This document shows positions 36,357 through 45,163 of a DNA stretch of 64,000 nt, piece by piece. Numbering within the stretch: the stretch's first letter is position 1; every line of letters begins with the position of its first letter. The translations under genes were made by a program, and so were the position numbers. This stretch comes from Desulfurococcales archaeon (GTDB lineage Archaea > Thermoproteota > Thermoprotei_A > Sulfolobales > NBVN01): positions 59,021-123,020 of the forward strand of contig WAKQ01000010.1 in assembly GCA_015523295.1 (NCBI GenBank), read 5' to 3'. Under the pieces are notes generated by a model. The model did not search any database. It was not told where the DNA came from and saw only the letters and a program-made list of their open reading frames with translations.

Positions 36357-37289
36357 TCACCGAGTTTCCTTCTGGAAAAATTCGATGAGCTTACTAGCCA
36401 CCTCTATGCCTGCCCTAGCCTGAGCCTCTATGGTTGAGGCCCCTATATGAGGGGTTAGAACAACATTGTTCAGCTTTGTGAGGGGATGTCCTTCGGGAAG
36501 AGGCTCCTCTTCATAGACGTCGAGGCCCGCACCAGCTATCCATCCCTCTTTAAGAGCTTTAATCAGAGCGTTGGTATCGACTATCCCGCCTCTAGAGGTA
36601 TTAATAAGTATAGCTGTTTTCTTCATTAGCTTAAGCCTACGCTCATTCACTAAATGATATGTTGAGTCTAGTAGAGGAACGTGAAGAGATACTACGTCAG
36701 CCCTTCTGAAAACTTCATCAAGCTCCAGCCTTAAAGCTTCCAGTGCCTTTACTATATCTTGAGGTGGTTCGACCACATCGTAGAAAATCACCTTCATTCC
36801 TAGCCCGAACTTAGCGATTCTCGCAACTTCCCTTCCTATCCTTCCGAAGCCAACAATTCCTATGGTCTTACCGTAAAGCTCATATCCCAAACATTCTTTT
36901 TTAACCCACTTGCCTTCCCTCAGATTTCTGTCGGCATAGGCAATCTTTCTGGCAACCGCTAGGAGCAGGCCAATGACGAGCTCAGCTACACTTCTAGATG
37001 GTGCAGCTGGAGCGTTGAATATGGCTATCCCCCTCTTCTTCGCCTCACTGACGTCTATATTATCCAACCCAACACCTGCCCTGGCAATGGCCTTAAGCCC
37101 CTTCCCTGCGGCGATTACCTCCTTAGGTACTTTTGGCTTACTCCTAACCACTAGCGCATCAGCGTCTTTTACAAGGTCTTTTAACTCTTCAACGCTTGGG
37201 TATTCCCTGTAAACAACATCAAATCCTGCCTCTTCTAGCATTTTAATGGCATCTGGATGTATGGGTGCGGCTACGAGGATCTTGACCAT
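36357..37289 (-). CDS. D-isomer-specific 2-hydroxyacid dehydrogenase (3-phosphoglycerate dehydrogenase or hydroxypyruvate reductase type, no ACT domain)
   Basis: NAD-binding motif GIVGFGRIGREVA, catalytic-region motifs SRGGIVD and LTPHIGAST. 310 aa. Confidence 0.8.
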   Translation of the reverse strand: MVKILVAAPIHPDAIKMLEEAGFDVVYREYPSVEELKDLVKDADALVVRSKPKVPKEVIAAGKGLKAIARAGVGLDNIDVSEAKKRGIAIFNAPAAPSRSVAELVIGLLLAVARKIAYADRNLREGKWVKKECLGYELYGKTIGIVGFGRIGREVARIAKFGLGMKVIFYDVVEPPQDIVKALEALRLELDEVFRRADVVSLHVPLLDSTYHLVNERRLKLMKKTAILINTSRGGIVDTNALIKALKEGWIAGAGLDVYEEEPLPEGHPLTKLNNVVLTPHIGASTIEAQARAGIEVASKLIEFFQKETR

Positions 37290-37295
37290 TGATTA

Positions 37296-38456
37296 TCACC
37301 TTCTCAATTCCTCTATTACCTTGCCAAGCTCCTCAAGCATTTCATCAATGTATTCATTGGGCATATAGCCCATATGCCCTATTCTGAAGCTCTTATTCTT
37401 TAGCTCGCCATATCCTTTAGCAAGTTCGTAACCTCTCTTTCTCATGGCCTCATATACTTCCAATCCATCTACACCTTCAGGTGCTCTCACACAGGTAATC
37501 GTAGGTGATTCAAAGCCTTTTCTAGCCAGGATCGATAGCCCGAGTTTCTTGACCCCTTCTCTAACCTTAGCCGCCCTTTCCTGATATAGGCTCAACCAAG
37601 CGTACTTACCTCCTATTTCATCAATAATTCTGAGTACCACATTAAGGGCAATGATCTGAGGTATGGGGGGTGTTGATGGAGTTGACCACTGTTTCTCCTG
37701 GTACTTCACGTACTTCAAGATATCGAAATACCATCCTCTGTTGGGTATATTCTCAGCTTTCTTTAGAGCGGCCTTGCTGAAGGCTCCAATAGCCAACCCC
37801 GGTGGTAAGCCAAAGGCCTTCTGACTACTGCTGAAGACGACGTCCACTCCCCATTCATCGAACTTTATATCTGCAGCACCCATAGCTGATACCGCATCAA
37901 CAAATACCAGTTTCCCATGCTCCTTAGCAACAGAGGCTAGTTCCTTAAGAGGATTGAGCACTCCAGTACTGGTCTCATTATATGTGATAGTAACGGCCTC
38001 CACAGATGGATTCTTCCTTAGGGCATCATCCAGTTCCTCAGGCAGGACGGGCTCCCCAAGACCTTTCTCTAAGACCACAGCCTTTCTTCCATTGCTTTCA
38101 ACTACTTCCCTGTATCTTTTCCCGAACGCTCCGATAACTGTAACCAAAACAGATCCATTTGGGGAAACAAAATTCCTAACGGAGGCCTCCATAATTCCAG
38201 TGCCGCTTGCTGGGAATAGAAGAACTATAGATTCTTGAGCTTCAAGAAAGGATGTGAGCCTTAGAATAGTGTCCTTATGTAGCGTTTGGTACTCCTTGGA
38301 TCGGTGGCTGAACATTTGGAAACTCATAGCCTGGAGGACTTCAGGAAAGCATGCAACAGGTCCTGCTGTAAATAGTTTGAGTGGCTTAGGCCAGACCATA
38401 TCCTTAACTTCATTAACGACCTCATTAAACGAGGTTTTCAATATTACATCACCCAT
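37296..38456 (-). CDS. Class-V aminotransferase (serine-pyruvate / phosphoserine aminotransferase type)
   Basis: PLP-lysine motif SSSQKAFGLPPG. The size and N-terminal FTAGPV pattern are typical of the class. Confidence 0.8.
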   Translation of the reverse strand: MGDVILKTSFNEVVNEVKDMVWPKPLKLFTAGPVACFPEVLQAMSFQMFSHRSKEYQTLHKDTILRLTSFLEAQESIVLLFPASGTGIMEASVRNFVSPNGSVLVTVIGAFGKRYREVVESNGRKAVVLEKGLGEPVLPEELDDALRKNPSVEAVTITYNETSTGVLNPLKELASVAKEHGKLVFVDAVSAMGAADIKFDEWGVDVVFSSSQKAFGLPPGLAIGAFSKAALKKAENIPNRGWYFDILKYVKYQEKQWSTPSTPPIPQIIALNVVLRIIDEIGGKYAWLSLYQERAAKVREGVKKLGLSILARKGFESPTITCVRAPEGVDGLEVYEAMRKRGYELAKGYGELKNKSFRIGHMGYMPNEYIDEMLEELGKVIEELRR

Positions 38457-38600
38457 GGTGTATTGTGTGAGGCCTTATTTATTGATTATTTTACAGAGTG
38501 GAGTAATTGATTAATCTACTTTGGCTTTTCACATAAATCTATATACTTTCATATAACCCTCCCTCTGAGGAAACTTTTTCCAGAATAACTTAAGTATACC

Positions 38601-38804
38601 TTGCCCTCCATACACCAACATGGTGTGAATGTGTTGAGAGTTGTGACATTTAAGTTGCCTGACGCCCTGCTCGAGGAGCTGGATATGTATGCTTTAAAGC
38701 ATGGGATGAGCAGGTCTGATGTTATTAGGTTAGCTATTAAGAACTTAGTTCTTCAATCAACTCGCAGACCTCGGTACAGGGTTAAGAGGATAGTGCTCAC
38801 GTAG
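38601..38804 (+). CDS. Ribbon-helix-helix (CopG-type) DNA-binding protein
   Basis: VVTFKLPDALLEELDMYALKHGMSRSDVIRLAIKNLV, followed by the basic tail RRPRYRVKRIVLT. The real start is probably GTG/TTG at 38625-38634. Confidence 0.6.
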   Translation: MPSIHQHGVNVLRVVTFKLPDALLEELDMYALKHGMSRSDVIRLAIKNLVLQSTRRPRYRVKRIVLT

Positions 38805-38964
38805 CCAAGCGGTCAGTCGGGGATTCTATCTTCATTAATTTTCTGCAGCGACGGCTTTCCTCATCCTGATCTGCTATCACTTTAAACCTTAATTAAGGTA
38901 GCCATTAATATTCATTTATAAGAGCCAGCACTTTTGGTTCAGATGTTAACGTATATATGATAAG

Positions 38965-40227
38965 ATGGGAAGAGAATTATTTAAGCCTAACATTCTAGAT
39001 CCCCCTGTGGTCAATATGAGAAAGATATCAAACCGAGTAAATGTTTTCAAACCATCCCCCCATAGAATGTTAGCTGCTAAGGCTGAGGAACTTGCGCGAG
39101 CTGGAAGAGATGTCTACAATTACTCGGTAGGGCAGCCAGGCCTGCCACCTTCATCGGAACTCATTGATATGCTCTGCACTAAGGCGAAGGAAGAGCCGTT
39201 CGTGCATTTTAAGTACTTCAGTGCGAGCGGTATGTACTCACTCAAGGAGGCTGTAAGCGCAGATCTTAAGAAGTATGGTGGTATCGACATACCTCCCTCG
39301 AATATCGTGATTACCACAGGCGGTATTGAGGCTTTTCACTTCGCTCTAGAGATTACAACGGATCCTGGGGACGAGGTATTCCTTTTAGATCCTTCATATA
39401 GTGTTTACTGGGATCTCCTCAAGTTCCTAGGATTGAAGATCAGGAAATGTCCGCAGACAGTTGACACAGGTTTCCAGCCAGATGAAGAATGTATTAAGGA
39501 AAATATTACTGATAAAACATCTGCGGTGATCATGGTTAGCCCTGATAACCCTACAAGCAGGATATTAGACGAGAAAATCCTTAAGTTGGTAGCAGATCTC
39601 GCTGCTGAGAAGAATACTTGGATAATTTACGACGAGGCATACAAGCACATAATATACGAAGGCGAGCATATCTGGATACATAAGTATGGGGATACCCTTA
39701 ACAGGCTTATAAGCGTGAACACCTTCTCGAAGGATATAGCAATACCTGGCTTCAGGCTGGGCTACATCTACGGCCCGAAAGAGGTGGTAACTCAGGCAGC
39801 AAAGCTAAAAGGCATACTTTCACTTACTGCCCCTGTACCCGGTCAGTGGATGGCTTACTATGCTCTTACCACAGACATTAAGGAGAAGTACTTGAAATAC
39901 GTACTCCCTATATACAAGGAAAGGCGTGATGTAGCATATGAGGCATTCAGGAGATACCTGCCCGAAGCTAAGATATGGAAGCCTCCTGCAGGTATGTATC
40001 TATTCCCTGACATGAGCTACTACCTAAGCAGGTTAGGTCTTAACGACATTGACTTTGCCTTCAGGCTTGCGGAGGAGAAGGCAGTGATTATGTTGCCTGG
40101 GTCTATATTCGGAGAGGCAGGGAGGAATCATCTTAGGGTTACCTTTGTGACTCAGGAACCCGAAAGGCTTGATAAGGGTATAAAGCTTATGGCTGAGTTT
40201 ATTGAGGAGAAAATAAATAAAATCTAA
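38965..40227 (+). CDS. Class-I pyridoxal-phosphate aminotransferase (aspartate/aromatic type)
   Basis: SPDNPTS and the PLP-lysine motif NTFSKDIAIPGFRLGY, with RVTF near the C-terminus. 420 aa. Confidence 0.8.
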   Translation: MGRELFKPNILDPPVVNMRKISNRVNVFKPSPHRMLAAKAEELARAGRDVYNYSVGQPGLPPSSELIDMLCTKAKEEPFVHFKYFSASGMYSLKEAVSADLKKYGGIDIPPSNIVITTGGIEAFHFALEITTDPGDEVFLLDPSYSVYWDLLKFLGLKIRKCPQTVDTGFQPDEECIKENITDKTSAVIMVSPDNPTSRILDEKILKLVADLAAEKNTWIIYDEAYKHIIYEGEHIWIHKYGDTLNRLISVNTFSKDIAIPGFRLGYIYGPKEVVTQAAKLKGILSLTAPVPGQWMAYYALTTDIKEKYLKYVLPIYKERRDVAYEAFRRYLPEAKIWKPPAGMYLFPDMSYYLSRLGLNDIDFAFRLAEEKAVIMLPGSIFGEAGRNHLRVTFVTQEPERLDKGIKLMAEFIEEKINKI

Positions 40228-40264
40228 AAATACTCCCTCTTTAAGCTTTAAGATTATTTCCCAT

Positions 40265-41188
40265 TCAGATGCCTAATACCTCTTTAATTAGTGCAGCTCT
40301 TGCAAACATGCCGTTCCTGGCCTGTTCGAAGTACTTGGCTTGAGGTAGCTCGTCTACGCTGGGATCCAGTTCCCATACCCTCGGCAACGGATGCATAATG
40401 ATGGGGATGTGTTTGAACTTAGACAGGAATTCCTTATCGATTTTGTAGGCACCCTTAAGCCTCTCATATTCCTCAGGATTACTGAACCTCTCCTTCTGTA
40501 ACCTTGTGACATAGAGCACGTCAAGTTCCTCAATCACATCCTCAGGCCTTCCAACCTTAACATACTTCACTTTTCCTTCTATCTTCTCAAGAATCTCATC
40601 TCTGATCTGTATCTGTTCAGGTGCGATGTAGTAAATTGTCACGTTGTTGAACCTAGTCAGCATGTATGAAAGGGATGAAGGCGTCCTCCCATATTTAAGG
40701 TCACCCATAATCCCAATTTTCAGGCCATCTATCTTACCGAGCTCCCTCCATATAGTGTAGAGGTCTAGCAGCGCCTGAGTGGGATGTTCGTTGGGGCCAT
40801 CCCCTGCATTTATTATAGGGGCTTTAACGATATCCTTAACCCTATGAGGGAAGAACGGTATTTTTTGCCTTATAACTATCACATCTGGGTCATAACCGTC
40901 TAAGATCTTCATAGTGTCCACATCGCTCTCTCCTTTAAGGACGCTTGAAGTGCTTACATCGAAATTAATTACCCGGCCGCCAAGTTTCTCCATAGCGAAC
41001 TGAAAGCTCAGCTTAGTTCTCGTGCTGGGTTCGAAGAATGCCGTCAACATTATTTTGCCCTTAGCATAGTCCAGAACTCCCCTCTCGGATATTTCAGTTC
41101 GAAGCTGATCAGCTAACTTGAACAACCTCTCAAGATCTTCTCTTTCAAAATCAAATGCTGATAATATGTCTTTTCCTTTCAAACTCAT
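40265..41188 (-). CDS. pyrB: Aspartate carbamoyltransferase catalytic subunit
   Basis: EPSTRTKLSF, HPTQALLD and MHPLPRV motifs. 307 aa. No pyrI is adjacent. Confidence 0.85.
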   Translation of the reverse strand: MSLKGKDILSAFDFEREDLERLFKLADQLRTEISERGVLDYAKGKIMLTAFFEPSTRTKLSFQFAMEKLGGRVINFDVSTSSVLKGESDVDTMKILDGYDPDVIVIRQKIPFFPHRVKDIVKAPIINAGDGPNEHPTQALLDLYTIWRELGKIDGLKIGIMGDLKYGRTPSSLSYMLTRFNNVTIYYIAPEQIQIRDEILEKIEGKVKYVKVGRPEDVIEELDVLYVTRLQKERFSNPEEYERLKGAYKIDKEFLSKFKHIPIIMHPLPRVWELDPSVDELPQAKYFEQARNGMFARAALIKEVLGI

Positions 41189-41267
41189 TTTATGTACACC
41201 TCGTACATATACCTAGCAAGCGTTTAAAGATTTTTGATTTAAAAATTAATTTATTTTAGTTAAAAAG

Positions 41268-41780
41268 CTATTCTTTGCTTATCTCAGCAACTTTTGTCGT
41301 CCCTTTCCTGAGCTCCTCAGCGGCTTTCATTGCAGCTTTTACGATGTTCACGTAGCCCGTGCATCTGCAAAGGTTTCCTCTTATATAGTCCCTGATCTCC
41401 TCCTCGGTTGGATTGGGATTCTCTTTAAGTAGCTTATCTATCATTATGACGAAGCCTGGGGTGCAGTAACCACATTGGACACCGGCCTCCTCTATAAGAG
41501 CCTTCTGCACTAAAGTTAGCTCCCTGCTTTTCGCAAGGCCTTCCACGGTAGTCACTTCATGACCGTCTACGTCAACTGCCAGAGTAAGGCATGAGAGGAC
41601 CGGCTCGCCATCAAGTAACACGGTGCAGGCCCCACATTCACCAATTCCGCAAACATATTTGGGTCCTGTATATCCGAACTTCTCCCTGAGCAGGTTTAGC
41701 AGTAGCTCGTTAGGCTCGACCTCTGTCCTGACTTTTTGCCCGTTAAGCGTGAACTCTATAGGTATCTTCATTTCATCCAC
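41268..41780 (-). CDS. Molybdopterin hydroxylase small subunit, [2Fe-2S] (CoxS/CutC type), cluster 1
   Basis: CGIGECGACTV, QCGYCTPGF and NLCRCTGY motifs. Confidence 0.85.
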   Translation of the reverse strand: MDEMKIPIEFTLNGQKVRTEVEPNELLLNLLREKFGYTGPKYVCGIGECGACTVLLDGEPVLSCLTLAVDVDGHEVTTVEGLAKSRELTLVQKALIEEAGVQCGYCTPGFVIMIDKLLKENPNPTEEEIRDYIRGNLCRCTGYVNIVKAAMKAAEELRKGTTKVAEISKE

Positions 41781-42706
41781 CCCTTAACAACCCTCTCGTG
41801 AGAAAGGATGAGCGCGTCCTCAACTATAACTTTAGAGACTTCTCTACGGTAAAACGCTGTTGACCTGACGTCGTCGATAGGGCTTATTTCCGTCTCAACA
41901 AGCTTTACGTTCTCCCTTATGACCTCGGGGGTGAAGGGTTTGCCTTTTAAGGCCTCTTCTGTTTTCCAAGCTCGTACTGGTGTGGGAGCAGCCGACCCTA
42001 TTGCTATCCTAGCGAACTTAATTCTGCCGTCCTCCACCTTCACTGCAGTTGCTGCACTTATTTTAGCTAGGTCCATTGCCGTCCTGGCCACCTTGATGAA
42101 CGCTGAACCTGTTCCTGGTTCAGGCTTAGGTATTATTATCTCTTTCAGGAGCTCGTCAGGCCTCATCACTGTCTTACCAGGTCCTTTGAAGAACTGGGTT
42201 ATTGGTACTTCTCTCTCCCCTTCCCTGCTCGCTAGTATTAGGCGTGCTTCAAGAACCATCAGCGGCGGGGCGCTGTCAGCTGCCGGAGAAGCATTACACA
42301 AATTACCCCCAATAGTGGCCATGTTCCTTATTTGAGTTCCTCCCATAGCCTTAACTGCATCGTAGAGTGCAGGGAAGTACTTCATTATTACGTCAGATCT
42401 CTCAAGCTCCCTCCACTTGGTGAGGGCCCCTATACGTACTTCACCGCCTTCATCGCGTATGTAGCTGAGTTCCTTAAGCTTCTTGATGTTGATCACGTAT
42501 TTCGGCTCGACAACCCTCATCTTCATCTTCACTAGCAGGTCAGTGCCACCTGCAAGAACTTTTGCCTCACTACCATACTTATTCAGTAATTCCAATGCCT
42601 CCTCAAGCGATGAAGGTGCGAAGTATTCGAACCTTACTGGTATTATATGCGTATTATACAGGTTATGTCTTGAAGGCCTTATATTGACTTGGGTCATGTC
42701 TTTCAC
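41768..42706 (-). CDS. Molybdopterin hydroxylase medium subunit, FAD-binding (CoxM/CutB type), cluster 1
   Basis: AGGTDL and GGNLCNASPAADS motifs, with C-terminal ISPIDDVRSTAFYRR. 312 aa. Confidence 0.85.
   Translation of the reverse strand: MKDMTQVNIRPSRHNLYNTHIIPVRFEYFAPSSLEEALELLNKYGSEAKVLAGGTDLLVKMKMRVVEPKYVINIKKLKELSYIRDEGGEVRIGALTKWRELERSDVIMKYFPALYDAVKAMGGTQIRNMATIGGNLCNASPAADSAPPLMVLEARLILASREGEREVPITQFFKGPGKTVMRPDELLKEIIIPKPEPGTGSAFIKVARTAMDLAKISAATAVKVEDGRIKFARIAIGSAAPTPVRAWKTEEALKGKPFTPEVIRENVKLVETEISPIDDVRSTAFYRREVSKVIVEDALILSHERVVKGWMK
42128..42319. repeat. Near-identical tract shared with the paralogous FAD-subunit gene at 50070..50261 (inverted orientation)
   Basis: 42179..42319 matches 50070..50210 at 139/141 nt, and both differences are synonymous. 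42128..42157 matches 50232..50261 at 30/30. The 21 nt between these blocks and the flanks outside them are strongly diverged. Confidence 0.9.
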
Positions 42707-45057
42707 CTCCCTTTCTTCTTAAGGGCTTCAAGGATTCTTTCTGGGGTTATGGGCAGCTCGTAGAACCGCACTCCTATCGCGTTGTAGATAGCGTTAGCGA
42801 CGGCCCCAGCAACCGAGTTAAGTGCGGCTTCACCCAGTCCCTTAGCTCCGTGAGGTCCTGTGGGTTCGTAGGTGTGAGCGAATATAACCTGGAAGTCATC
42901 TAATTTAGGCATGTCTGGCGCTGTCAGGATCTTGTAGTCGGTTATGAAGCCCTTATTCGTTAGCTCACCTGTTCTGGGATCGTATATCGTGTCTTCTAAT
43001 GTAGCCATCCCCCAACCCTGGGCAAATCCTCCATGGAGCTGTCCTGCAGCATAGTCTGGGTTTATCACGGTTCCAATATCGGCGCCTGCAATTACCTTAA
43101 CTGGCCTCACCTTCCCCGTGTATGTATCTACCTCGACCTCAACAAAGTATACTGTGAAGCTGGGCGGTGCAGCCTTAGACCTGTAGGTGACTGTAGTGGA
43201 TATTGTTCCCCAGTTTCTTTGCCATGCTATAGTTGCGAGGTCTTTAAGCGTTATCCTCATCTGCGGGTTATCTCTGACATACACCACTGCCTGCCCAAGT
43301 TCCTTATCATAGCCAAGCTCAAGCATGTCCTGATTTACCGCTTTATTCAGGACTCTTATGGCATAGTTGAATATCTTATTCTTTAATTCTCTAGCTGCCT
43401 GAACTGCAGCACCGCCTCCCACATAGGTACCTCTCGACGCATGCGTACATACGTCGTATAGCGTTGTTTGAGTGTCAGACCACACAAGGTTTATGAGGTC
43501 AGGTGGAACCCCAAGCTCCTCAGCAATTATCTTTACATGAGCGTCAAGTGTACCGCCTCCATGATCCTGTAACGCGGTTATATAGTCAATGGTTCCATCT
43601 TCATTCAACTTCAGTATAGCGCCTGTGTAGTCAATTGTCTCGCCGGAGATAGGCCCTCCTGCACCTGAGGTGTGGAAAGACCTGCCGACGCCTATACCTC
43701 TCCTATATCTCCCCGTCTTCTCAGAGGGTGGTCTCCTCCTCTCCCAGCCGATTAGTTCTTTACCCCTCTGCAGGAGTTCAGGCACTCCATCAGATCTTAT
43801 AATGCTCTTCACGGTAGGACCCTGTCCCCAGAATATATCGCCCTTACCCACATAGTTCTTAAGGCGGAACTCAACCGGGTCAATCCCAAGTTCCTCAGCC
43901 ATCTCATCTATTAGGGTCTCAACAGCCCAAGAGACCTGTGGTGCACCGTAACCTCTAAAGGCGCATGTTGGTACTTTATTTGTGTAGACCGCTTTACCAA
44001 CATATCTTATGTTCTTCCATTTATAGAGGGAGACAAACCATCCTAAAGCAGTTCCTAGTAATGGATATGCCTGAATCTGATGTGCCCCTATGTCCATGAT
44101 GTTCTCAAGTTCTCCGGCAATAAGCGTGCCATCACTTTTAGCTCCAGCACGTATCTTGAAATGCATCTGGTACGCAGCATGGTCATAAATGTCTTCTTCA
44201 CGTGTCATTGATATTTTAACGGGTTTCCTAGCCTTCAGGCATAATGCAACGCTAATTGGCACTACCGGATTTATCTGGATGCTTGACCCGAAGGAGCCTC
44301 CTATAGGCACCTTCACTACGTTGATCTTGCTCATAGGGATGTCAAAGATCTGGCTGATCAGAATTCTAGTGTTATGGATTGTTTGGGTCGTGGAGTATAT
44401 GGTGATGCTCCCATCACTATGGGGTATACAGACAGATGTCTTCGGCTCGAGTTGCATGTGGTACCTTCTGTTAGTTCTGAACCTTCTCTCAAGAACCACG
44501 TCTGCTTCCTTCAGTGCCTTATCTACATCACCCTCACTGTACTCGAGAGTGCATCCAACATTGTTTTTAACATCGATCCACTCATCTCCCTTCAATATCC
44601 TCTTATGTATTAATGGGGCGCTAGGTGACATCGCTTCGAAAGGATCGAGTATAGGTTCATACACTCTTTCGAATTCAACCTTTATTGCCTCAAGAGCTCT
44701 CTGGGCTGCTTCCTCCGTAGGTGCAGCGACCGCCGCGATCGCGTCTCCTAAGTAGCGAGGGTGCTTAGTTAGGACTCTGTAATCCTTGTAGGTCACTTCA
44801 AAGATGCTGACTAATCTAGGATTGAAGATTTTGTCAGGAACATCGTCAGGCGTTATCACGACAGCGCCCATCCTCTCAGCTTCTGAGGTGTCTATCCTCT
44901 TAACGTCTGCGAATGCGTAAGGACTCTTAAAGACCCTGCCAACCAGCATTCCCGGAACATAGATATCGGAAGAGAACTTCAGGGTTCCAGTTACCTTAGG
45001 GATACCATCCTTCCTAATTGTTTTCTTACCAATGAAGATATGTTTCGGTTCCTCCAA
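42703..45057 (-). CDS. Molybdopterin hydroxylase large subunit (xanthine dehydrogenase / aldehyde oxidoreductase / CutA family), cluster 1
   Basis: 784 aa. Family motifs include FRGYGAPQ, EVEVDTYTGKVR and GPHGAKGLGEAA. Confidence 0.85.
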   Translation of the reverse strand: MEEPKHIFIGKKTIRKDGIPKVTGTLKFSSDIYVPGMLVGRVFKSPYAFADVKRIDTSEAERMGAVVITPDDVPDKIFNPRLVSIFEVTYKDYRVLTKHPRYLGDAIAAVAAPTEEAAQRALEAIKVEFERVYEPILDPFEAMSPSAPLIHKRILKGDEWIDVKNNVGCTLEYSEGDVDKALKEADVVLERRFRTNRRYHMQLEPKTSVCIPHSDGSITIYSTTQTIHNTRILISQIFDIPMSKINVVKVPIGGSFGSSIQINPVVPISVALCLKARKPVKISMTREEDIYDHAAYQMHFKIRAGAKSDGTLIAGELENIMDIGAHQIQAYPLLGTALGWFVSLYKWKNIRYVGKAVYTNKVPTCAFRGYGAPQVSWAVETLIDEMAEELGIDPVEFRLKNYVGKGDIFWGQGPTVKSIIRSDGVPELLQRGKELIGWERRRPPSEKTGRYRRGIGVGRSFHTSGAGGPISGETIDYTGAILKLNEDGTIDYITALQDHGGGTLDAHVKIIAEELGVPPDLINLVWSDTQTTLYDVCTHASRGTYVGGGAAVQAARELKNKIFNYAIRVLNKAVNQDMLELGYDKELGQAVVYVRDNPQMRITLKDLATIAWQRNWGTISTTVTYRSKAAPPSFTVYFVEVEVDTYTGKVRPVKVIAGADIGTVINPDYAAGQLHGGFAQGWGMATLEDTIYDPRTGELTNKGFITDYKILTAPDMPKLDDFQVIFAHTYEPTGPHGAKGLGEAALNSVAGAVANAIYNAIGVRFYELPITPERILEALKKKGR

Positions 45058-45163
45058 TATCGGATCACGATTAAAACCTCATGAATTCTGTTAAAAGTAT
45101 TTCGTAGTTTATAAAAGGAAAACCTATTTATTTCACATTCATCTATGAAAGACGGTAATTGTT

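Noticed and set aside
38813-38867. Minus-strand C/D-like arrangement AGGAUGA-12 nt-CUGC-9 nt-AUGAAGA-12 nt-CUGA downstream of the RHH gene
   Set aside because: The 12/12 spacing is attractive, but three of the four boxes, including the terminal C box, deviate from consensus, and there is no terminal stem. That is too weak to call without expression data. It would be worth a look only if small-RNA-seq shows a transcript.
44189-44755. Long antisense ORFs inside real genes (for example 188 aa at 44189..44755, 156 aa at 22916..23386, 145 aa at 54881..55318, 138 aa at 41919..42335)
   Set aside because: They lie entirely within well-supported CDS on the opposite strand. They have Ser/Leu/Pro-rich low-complexity composition and no motifs, which is typical of shadow ORFs opposite real coding sequence.
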